A stretch of DNA of 64,000 nucleotides. Source: Candidatus Adlerbacteria bacterium. GTDB lineage: Bacteria; Patescibacteriota; Minisyncoccia; Phycocordibacterales; SBAW01. Positions within the stretch are counted from its first letter, which is position 1. Each line of letters starts with the position of its first letter. The stretch covers positions 219,380-283,379 of the forward strand of contig CAVVLG010000003.1 in assembly GCA_963749085.1 (NCBI GenBank). Direction: 5' to 3'. Under the pieces are notes generated by a model. The model did no database searches and was not told the origin of the DNA. It was given only the letters and a program-made list of their open reading frames with translations. The position numbers and the translations under genes are program-made. Shown here piece by piece: positions 57,529-64,000 of this stretch.

Positions 57529-57668
57529 AGATGCCTAAAGTGTAGCAGTTTCAAGGCATTTCTGAACTCGGTTACCAACAGCTTACCAACTCGACCCTCC
57601 TGGACACCCACCCCCCTTGCGTCATCCATATACCTGTCGAATTAACAGGGCTTTAACTAGAACCAGTC

Positions 57669-58133
57669 TCAAAAATAATGTTTGAGTAATAGCATGATGC
57701 ACGCGAGCTTCACGAAGGCGGCAAAGTTCTGCAGTTTGTATTCGTAGCGAGTCACGAGCTTTCTCCAGTTGTGCATCCACGCGAACAGCCGCTCAATCTT
57801 CCACCGGCGCTTGTAGGAGCGCAGCGCCCTGCCGTCCTGTGTTGCTCTGCGCACCCGGCCTCTGCGATGCGGTGAAATGAGTTTGATGCGGTATTTGTTC
57901 AGGAGCGTTCCATCCAGCGGATCGGAATCATATGCTCGGTCAGCCGTGAGGCGAAGCGGATTCTGTCGGGTAAATCGCCGGGCAAGCGTGTCTTCAACCA
58001 ACCGGACTTCGCTCGGAGAAGCAGAGGCCACATAGACGGCGACTGGAAGAGAGCCTTCGTCCGCAATCGCCATGATCTTGGTGCCTTTCCCACGCTTCGT
58101 GGGTCCCACGCCAAGACCCCCTTTTTTGCCCCC
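57669..58133 (-). CDS. IS5-family transposase OrfB (DDE domain), expressed by a -1 frameshift from OrfA
   Basis: The DDE region is TADRAYDS...RWKIERLFAWMHNWRKL. The frame is open upstream through the A AAA AAG slippery site at + coordinates 58122-58128. Confidence 0.7.
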   Translation of the reverse strand, partial: GGKKGGLGVGPTKRGKGTKIMAIADEGSLPVAVYVASASPSEVRLVEDTLARRFTRQNPLRLTADRAYDSDPLDGTLLNKYRIKLISPHRRGRVRRATQDGRALRSYKRRWKIERLFAWMHNWRKLVTRYEYKLQNFAAFVKLACIMLLLKHYF

Positions 58134-58441
58134 GCGAAGGTGGCATCGAGAAAGCAGCTCCTGAGCTTGATGCGCCCCCGGTATTCCATGTCCATGGCCA
58201 GGGCTTCGACGATGCGGTCAAAGGCGCCGCTCTCCACCCACTGCTGGAACCTGCGATGGCAGGTCTGGTAGGGCGGGTAGTCTTTCGGCAGGTGCTTCCA
58301 CTGGGCGCCGGTCTTCAGTGCCCAGAGGATACCTTCCAGTATCTTGCGGTCGTCCTGCCGGGGACGGCCGCGGGTTTCCAAACGCTTGAGGGGTGTGACA
58401 AACGGAGCGATGACGCTCCACTGCTCGTTGGTGAGAGGCAT
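57899..58441 (-). CDS. IS5-family transposase OrfA (N-terminal DNA-binding part)
   Basis: The segments WSVIAPFV...GRPRQDDRKILEGILWALKTGAQWKHLP form an IS5/IS4 transposase N-domain. Confidence 0.75.
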   Translation of the reverse strand: MPLTNEQWSVIAPFVTPLKRLETRGRPRQDDRKILEGILWALKTGAQWKHLPKDYPPYQTCHRRFQQWVESGAFDRIVEALAMDMEYRGRIKLRSCFLDATFAGAKKGVLAWDPRSVGKAPRSWRLRTKALFQSPSMWPLLLRAKSGWLKTRLPGDLPDRIRFASRLTEHMIPIRWMERS

Positions 58442-58519
58442 GGGCAGGCAAATTACGGGTAACGCCCTGTGCCTTTAGTCTACAACGGTATTTTTGAGAT
58501 TGGTTCTAGGGTCAAATAT

Positions 58520-59851
58520 ATGGAAGCATCAATAGCAGACGGTTTAGAGCGGATGGGCGTAGCCGTTCCCCAAGAAAAATTAGCGGTGCAAATTAAATAT
58601 TGTCTCTATGCTCGCAAGAGTACCGAGGACGATGAGCATCAAGCACTCTCCATTGATAGCCAGATAAAGGAGATGGGCAGTCTGGCAATACGGGAGAAAT
58701 TAGAAGTAGTCGAAGTGCGCTCGGAGAAACATTCAGCAAAAGCCGCGGGCCAACGACCAGTATTCCAGCAGCTGCTCGCCGATGTACGCGAGGGAAAATT
58801 CAACGGCATCCTTACTTGGGCACCAGATCGTCTGAGTAGAAATGGCGGCGATCTCGGCGTACTGGTGGACTTGATGGATCAAAAATCACTGGTCGAGATA
58901 CGCACGTACACGCAGAAATTTACCAACAACCCGAACGAGAAGTTTCTGCTGATGATACTCGGTTCGCAAGCCAAGCTCGAAAATGACAACAAGAGCCTCA
59001 ACGTCAAGCGCGGATTGAAGGCGCGTGCAGAGATGGGCCTTTGGCCCGGCATTGCGCCGACTGGATACACCAACGACAAACGGTCTGACCACAAGTGCGA
59101 GATTCTAGTCGATCCAATACGTTCTTTGGTGGTTAAGCAAATATTCGAGAAAGTTGGGCGCGACAGAAGGAGCGGCCGGAAAGTATACGCGTGGTTGAAA
59201 TATGACATCAGATTTACGCACCGCTCCGGCAAACCGCTAAGTCTTAGCAATGTCTACAATGTGCTCCGGAACCCCTTCTATTGTGGCATGTTCGAGTTTC
59301 CGCGCGGCTCGGGACAGTGGTACACCGGCAAGCACACACCGCTCATCACCAAAGAGCTGTTTCAACTGGCGCAGGAGAAAATTGCTGAGGACAATCGCCC
59401 GAAAAAGAAATTCCAGGATTTTACCTTCACCAAATTGATGATCTGTGGATACTGTGGCTCAGGCGTCACGGCACAAGAAAAATCAAAAGCGCTTAAAGAC
59501 GGCAGCACAAATTGGTACATCTACTACAGCTGCGACAAATTCAAAGATCATCACTGCAAGAATCCCTATATTCGAGAGGACAATCTCACCACGCTACTGT
59601 TGGAGATAATAGAAACGGTAAGCATAGATGAAATTGGTGCGCGGCATCTCATCGAGCGCGAAGTGAACCGCTACAACAAACTCCGCGCTACGATGGGTCA
59701 CTCCGACAAAGACAAAGCCAAGGACATGGATATCCGTAAATATGCCAAATATCTATTGCAAGAAGGCACGCCGATGGAGAAGCGCGAACTGCTGCAGCAC
59801 CTTCGCAACCGGATCGTGATGAGAGACAAGAAAATATTTCTCGAGAACTAA
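58520..59851 (+). CDS. Large serine recombinase (resolvase/invertase N-domain + recombinase domain + zinc ribbon)
   Basis: The segment [19 protein letters not shown] carries the catalytic Ser region. The recombinase domain includes [11 protein letters not shown]. The zinc ribbon is CGYCGSGV...[12 protein letters not shown]. The ORF opens at 58469 inside the IS right end. Confidence 0.8.
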   Translation: MEASIADGLERMGVAVPQEKLAVQIKYCLYARKSTEDDEHQALSIDSQIKEMGSLAIREKLEVVEVRSEKHSAKAAGQRPVFQQLLADVREGKFNGILTWAPDRLSRNGGDLGVLVDLMDQKSLVEIRTYTQKFTNNPNEKFLLMILGSQAKLENDNKSLNVKRGLKARAEMGLWPGIAPTGYTNDKRSDHKCEILVDPIRSLVVKQIFEKVGRDRRSGRKVYAWLKYDIRFTHRSGKPLSLSNVYNVLRNPFYCGMFEFPRGSGQWYTGKHTPLITKELFQLAQEKIAEDNRPKKKFQDFTFTKLMICGYCGSGVTAQEKSKALKDGSTNWYIYYSCDKFKDHHCKNPYIREDNLTTLLLEIIETVSIDEIGARHLIEREVNRYNKLRATMGHSDKDKAKDMDIRKYAKYLLQEGTPMEKRELLQHLRNRIVMRDKKIFLEN

Positions 59852-59857
59852 CACGTG

Positions 59858-59890
59858 AAAACGCCGAGCAATTTGCTCGGCGTTTTCGCT
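59858..59890 (+). terminator. Rho-independent terminator after the recombinase
   Basis: A CGCCGAGCA-attt-TGCTCGGCG stem is followed by TTTTCGCT. Confidence 0.6.
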
Positions 59891-60131
59891 CATCGAACCC
59901 TCTCGGTTGCGAACCGGTCTCGACGCATTTCGAGGCCTCATGGACGCATCGATGGGCCGCTGACTGCTGTGCCCCTGTTCGGAACCGACCCTGTGTGGTT
60001 GAGGCCCCACAAGCGTTTTCCGGAGGACTTCAGTGTACCAGAGCTGACCCTGTTCGGTAGGGGTCTCCAAAAGCCAATAAGACCGTTTGCGACTCCCAAA
60101 GGGCGTTTTCGACGCGTCGCAAACGCCCCCG

Positions 60132-60491
60132 CTATCGCACGCTGATACCGTGTTTCTTTTTGGGCCTCAGCTCTTTGAGCGCTAACCCGACCTTCGTCGG
60201 ATCGTTGAGGAGATAATATTTGTCCTTACTCTTGCCCGGCACTATCATTTTCCGCAGTACGCCGTAGCTGACCCCGAGGCGAAGATTTGAGGGGAGCTTG
60301 GCCTCTTTTGATTTCAACGCTTTGTATACGCGGTATCCCGCAAAGCCACTCCCGTCCGATTGCCCGTGCAGTTCGTAGCACACTTCGAGTATCGCCAGCC
60401 ATTCGGGGTACTCAAGCACCAGATGCTTGGTGCGGTGATAGATAGTCGCCTGTACTGGATGGGTCAGAATGGGTTTTTTAGCCATACTCAT
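60132..60491 (-). CDS. Hypothetical protein (119 aa) in mobile element
   Basis: ORF divergent from the methyltransferase genes. No recognisable domain. Confidence 0.4.
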   Translation of the reverse strand: MSMAKKPILTHPVQATIYHRTKHLVLEYPEWLAILEVCYELHGQSDGSGFAGYRVYKALKSKEAKLPSNLRLGVSYGVLRKMIVPGKSKDKYYLLNDPTKVGLALKELRPKKKHGISVR

Positions 60492-60704
60492 AGGATATCA
60501 TACGACCCCATAAAGAAGCATAGCAAATTGAGCAGGAGGCAGCACTAGTAGATTGCGGGGTCAGAAAATCCTTTAATCGAGCCATTAAATGAGGCTCGTT
60601 TTCGGTACGCGCGAAGCCTGCAAACGAAAATCAATTCCACTACTCAAGTCAGTACACTGAAATTAGAAGGTCAAAAAATTATTAATCACTTATACCCCTT
60701 ATAT

Positions 60705-61988
60705 ATGTCAAAGAAACAACCGCTCCAGTGGAGCACTGTGCAGCGCCGCATCGACGACCTTGTTCCCTTCAAAGGGAACCCACGCCAGCTCGACGAGCGG
60801 CAGGCCGAAGCTCTTAAAAAGAGCCTCACCCGTTTTGGCCTCGCAGAAATTCCGGCCGTGGATCAGGATAATACGATTTTGGCCGGGCACGCGAGACTCA
60901 AGACTCTTCAACTGTTGGGCAAGGGCCAAGAGATCGTCGACGTCAGGGTTCCATCAAGGCCCCTTACTACAAAAGAGCGCGAGGCATACCTGCTCACCTC
61001 CAATGCCGTGACCGGCGGCTGGGACTATGACCTCTTGCGCGGCTTCAATACCGACCTCTTGCTCGACATTGGGTTCAGCGACGAGGCGCTGGCAAATATC
61101 TTTGATGACAGTCTCGAAGTGCTCAATGATGGCTTCGACGAAAAAGAAGAGATCAAACGCGCGAAGAACACCACGATTAAACTCGGTGACCACTTCCTAC
61201 TCGGACGCCATCACCTGTTGTGTGCCGACGCGCTCGACCCGAAAACCGCGCAGACACTCATGGGTTCGGTTCGTGCCGATATGGTCAATGACGATTTGCC
61301 ATATAACATCGGACTCTCATATGACACCGGTGTTGGTGGGCGTGGGCGTTACGGCGGCACGACCAATGACAACAAGTCAGAGGCTGAGTACCGGCAGTTC
61401 GTGAAAACCGTAATGCAGAACGCCATCGCCGTTTCTAAGAAGGACTGCCATTACTTTTGGTGGTGTGACGAACGTTACGTTTTTCTTTTCCAGGAACTGT
61501 ATCGCGAGCTCGGCATCGACTCCAAGCGGCTCTGCATTTGGTTGAAGGACAACGCTTCGCCGGTACCACAAAACGCGTTCAATAAAATTATTGAATGCAT
61601 CCCGTATGGGGTTCGCGGAAAACCGTTTTTGAATAACCGCGTGCGCAACCTAAACGAGATCATCAATAAGGAACTTTCGACAGGGGGCCGGTTGCCGGAA
61701 GAATTCCTCGACATGCTGTGCGTGTGGCTGGCGAAGCGCCTGCCTAGCGGCGAGCTCCAGCACCCAACACAAAAAAATCCTACGGTCCATGAAAAATGTT
61801 TGCGTCGGTGTAGTCGGCCGGGTGATGCGGTGTTGGACTTGACGTGTGGCAGTGGCAGCCTTCTTTCAGCTTGCCACCAGCTAGGCCGCACGGCGTACTG
61901 CGCCGACTACGAGCCGGTGTTTGTTCAGGTCGTCATTAATAGATTCAAAAAATTGGCACCCCATGAAAAAATTACAAAACTCAATTAA
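60705..61988 (+). CDS. ParB-like nuclease domain fused to a beta-class N6-adenine/N4-cytosine DNA methyltransferase
   Basis: The N-terminal ParB/Srx segment is VPFKGNPRQLDERQAEALKKSLTRFGLAEIPAV. Motif IV is NDDLPYN. The C-terminal motif I is VLDLTCGSGS. Confidence 0.7.
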   Translation: MSKKQPLQWSTVQRRIDDLVPFKGNPRQLDERQAEALKKSLTRFGLAEIPAVDQDNTILAGHARLKTLQLLGKGQEIVDVRVPSRPLTTKEREAYLLTSNAVTGGWDYDLLRGFNTDLLLDIGFSDEALANIFDDSLEVLNDGFDEKEEIKRAKNTTIKLGDHFLLGRHHLLCADALDPKTAQTLMGSVRADMVNDDLPYNIGLSYDTGVGGRGRYGGTTNDNKSEAEYRQFVKTVMQNAIAVSKKDCHYFWWCDERYVFLFQELYRELGIDSKRLCIWLKDNASPVPQNAFNKIIECIPYGVRGKPFLNNRVRNLNEIINKELSTGGRLPEEFLDMLCVWLAKRLPSGELQHPTQKNPTVHEKCLRRCSRPGDAVLDLTCGSGSLLSACHQLGRTAYCADYEPVFVQVVINRFKKLAPHEKITKLN

Positions 61989-62730
61989 ATACGGAGACGT
62001 CTTCCGTCTGGGCGAACATATTCTCGCCTACGGCGATTGTCGCGATGCGAAACTCATTGCCAAGGCGATCGGCGCGCGCAAAGTAAAAACGGTCATTTGT
62101 GATGTTCCATATGGCATCGACCTGACCGCTTCCAAGGAAAACTTCAAGCCCCTCCTCAAAAACAAAAATATTGTGGGCGATCACGCGCAGAGCGACGCGG
62201 AGTATGCGACATTCACGCGCGAGTGGATCGAAGCATTGAAGCCACACCTCGCAGCAAAGAACTCCTTCTATATCTTCAACTCTGACCGCATGATCTTTGC
62301 GCTCCGGCAGGGCATGTTCGAGGCTGGATTGAAATTCAGCCAACTATTGGTCTGGGTCAAGACAAGCAGCGTGGTCGGGCGGCTCGACTACGCTCCCATG
62401 CACGAACTCATCGCGGTTGGTTGGCACGGCACGCACGAATTCCTCAAGCCCAAAGATCGCAGCGTCCTCATATATCCCAAACCTAAGCGCAGTCCTCGGC
62501 ATCCGTCGACGAAGCCGGTCGGGTTAATACGTCGCCTGGTGCTCAACACCACGAAGGTGGGCGATGTTGTGTTTGATGGATTCCTTGGTAGTGGTACTGC
62601 GCTTTGGGCTTGCCACCAGACAGGACGCGTCTGCATCGGGGTTGAAATCGATGGGGAGTATGTAGAGCAGGTCATCGAGTCATATTACAAATTAACTGGC
62701 ATTAAAGCCCAAAAAATATATGGAGCGTAA
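61963..62730 (+). CDS. DNA methyltransferase (N6-adenine/N4-cytosine, beta class)
   Basis: Motif IV is ICDVPYG. Motif I is VVFDGFLGSGTALWAC. Confidence 0.7.
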   Translation: MKKLQNSIKYGDVFRLGEHILAYGDCRDAKLIAKAIGARKVKTVICDVPYGIDLTASKENFKPLLKNKNIVGDHAQSDAEYATFTREWIEALKPHLAAKNSFYIFNSDRMIFALRQGMFEAGLKFSQLLVWVKTSSVVGRLDYAPMHELIAVGWHGTHEFLKPKDRSVLIYPKPKRSPRHPSTKPVGLIRRLVLNTTKVGDVVFDGFLGSGTALWACHQTGRVCIGVEIDGEYVEQVIESYYKLTGIKAQKIYGA

Positions 62731-63154
62731 AGAAGATAAGACCAAGCGCCAGATGCGCGAGAGGTCCAAAGAAATGATGATTGAGCAGTTAAAGCGTCTG
62801 CCTATTATTCAGTTAGCGGCGGAGAAAGTAAACATCGACCGTTCGACCCACTTCCGTTGGTGCAAGGAAGACGCTGATTACGCTCGCAGGAGCGAAGATG
62901 CAATTCTCGAAGGCGTCGGCTTCATCAACGACGGGGCCGAGGCGCAGCTTATGGCCGCCATCCGTGACCGTGATATGCGGGCGATTTCATTGTGGCTGCG
63001 CGCCAATCATCCGCGCTACAAGACCAAAGTCGAGGTATCTGGCAGCGTCACCATGAAAAAAGAGATGACGCCGGAGCAACAGGCGGATGCGGCCGAAGCG
63101 CTGGAACACTCGGCACAGCTCAGGGCCGCACTTAAAAAACATGAACCCGAGTAA
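62720..63154 (+). CDS. Phage terminase small subunit-like protein
   Basis: The HTH-like N-terminus is LKRLPIIQLAAEKVNIDRSTHFRWCKEDADYA. It is immediately upstream of, and overlapping, the terminase large subunit ORF. Confidence 0.5.
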   Translation: MERKEDKTKRQMRERSKEMMIEQLKRLPIIQLAAEKVNIDRSTHFRWCKEDADYARRSEDAILEGVGFINDGAEAQLMAAIRDRDMRAISLWLRANHPRYKTKVEVSGSVTMKKEMTPEQQADAAEALEHSAQLRAALKKHEPE

Positions 63155-64000
63155 TCTCAACAAAGAATTTCTCAAGCGGGTCATCGGTGACCCTATGGTG
63201 CGTCAGACCGTGACGCGCGAGGACCTCCTATGGTTTTGGCACGTCTACGTGATACCCAATCTTCCGAAGTTCTACGGCGTCGCGCCGTTTCAGATTGAGA
63301 TAATGGACATACTGCAGAATGCGGCGAATAAGTTCTTCGTGCTCGAAGGATTTCGCGGATCCTCCAAAAGCTCAATCGCCAACCACGCCTTCACCGTATG
63401 GTCCATCGTCGGTAAACCACAGACCAAATTTATTATTATCATCGCCGGCACGGCTGAACTGGCGCGGCAGCACCTCAACAATATAAAGGCGCTCATGGCG
63501 AGCGAGCCTCTGCGCTCGGACATGGGTCCGTTTCAAATTCCCGAAGGCGAGTGGCGGGCCAACGCGATCGACATCCCAAAATACAACGCGCGAGTCATTT
63601 CCGTGTCGGTTGAGCAAAATGTCAGAGGGTTGTTGCATAACAACATCAGGCCGCAAATCGTGATCCTCGACGACCTCGAGAACATCAACACCGCGCTCTC
63701 GGAGGACGTGCGTCATCGTACGTACCAAACTTTCAACTCCGACATCAGGCCGGTCGGCGATCTCGACACTCGCTTTATCGTCATCGGAACCAGATTGTGG
63801 GAAGAAAGTTTGATCATGCGTTTTAAAAACGACATTGAGAACGGCAGGCGCAACGGCATCTTCCGCTCCTACCCCATCATCAACGAGCGGGATGAGCCTC
63901 TGTGGCCGGATAAATTTCCAACAAAGGAGGATGTTGAACAACTGCGCAAGGACATTGGCGACGAAGCCGCGTGGGCGCGGGAGTTTATGCTCCAGATTGT
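63141..64000 (+). CDS. Phage terminase large subunit, N-terminal ATPase domain (partial; runs off the window so it is absent from the ORF track)
   Basis: The frame is open from the ATG at 63141 to the window end. The Walker A-like segment is VLEGFRGSSKSS. The Walker B-like segment is IVILDDLEN. The antisense ORF 63372-63941 is probably a shadow. Confidence 0.55.
   Translation, partial: MNPSNLNKEFLKRVIGDPMVRQTVTREDLLWFWHVYVIPNLPKFYGVAPFQIEIMDILQNAANKFFVLEGFRGSSKSSIANHAFTVWSIVGKPQTKFIIIIAGTAELARQHLNNIKALMASEPLRSDMGPFQIPEGEWRANAIDIPKYNARVISVSVEQNVRGLLHNNIRPQIVILDDLENINTALSEDVRHRTYQTFNSDIRPVGDLDTRFIVIGTRLWEESLIMRFKNDIENGRRNGIFRSYPIINERDEPLWPDKFPTKEDVEQLRKDIGDEAAWAREFMLQI

Larger units (their letters stand above)
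57657..58509 (-). mobile_element. IS5-family (IS427-group-like) insertion sequence, 853 bp, with 21-bp terminal inverted repeats and two frameshift-coupled transposase ORFs
   Basis: The left end is CTAGAACCAGTCTCAAAAATA (57657-57677). The right end is TATTTTTGAGATTGGTTCTAG (58489-58509). OrfA (DUF4096-like) and OrfB (DDE) overlap. Confidence 0.8.

Noticed and set aside
63372-63941. 189-aa minus-strand ORF near the window end.
   Set aside because: The plus strand carries an uninterrupted frame from the ATG at 63141 to the window edge with terminase large-subunit ATPase motifs. The minus ORF is the likely shadow.

Overview
This 64 kb window looks like chromosome from a small-genome, probably Gram-positive-type bacterium. 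The gene content (PBP1A, short YidC, PrgI/VirB4-type genes, Big_2 surface proteins, DKNYY protein, many tRNAs lacking encoded CCA next to a cca gene) is compatible with a Patescibacteria/CPR-like lineage; that assignment is inference only. Coding density is high and is mostly housekeeping genes. The window spans the replication-origin neighbourhood, with rpmH-rnpA-yidC-jag on the minus strand and dnaA-dnaN on the plus strand, and two type II toxin-antitoxin pairs sit between them. Other housekeeping genes include rpsO, pnp, ruvABC, yebC, polA, tyrS, a PBP1A gene, uvrD/pcrA, rsmA, xth, xerC/D-like, cca, tsaE, rpsT, a Mur ligase gene, a SpoU methyltransferase gene and an orphan PilB/GspE ATPase gene. 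There are six tRNA genes. The accessory content most worth attention is: (1) a ~13 kb type IV secretion / conjugative-pilus-like cluster at 19.1-33.2 kb. It encodes a PrgI(VirB3)-like protein, a VirB4-like ATPase preceded by a stand-alone paralog of the VirB4 N-domain, a VirB6/TrbL-like polytopic protein, a VirB2-like pilin candidate and giant repeat-bearing Big_2 surface proteins, with no relaxase, coupling protein or VirB11. (2) A dense inverted/direct repeat, iteron-like, 450 bp non-coding block at 55.8-56.3 kb. (3) An 853 bp IS5/IS427-group insertion sequence with an A6G -1 frameshift site, inserted immediately upstream of a large serine recombinase. That recombinase begins a phage-like element: a ParB-fused methyltransferase, a second methyltransferase, terminase small and large subunits, running off the window. 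(4) Perfect in-frame tandem repeats in two surface-protein genes. (5) Perfect DnaA boxes and operator-like palindromes around the tRNA/cca locus.
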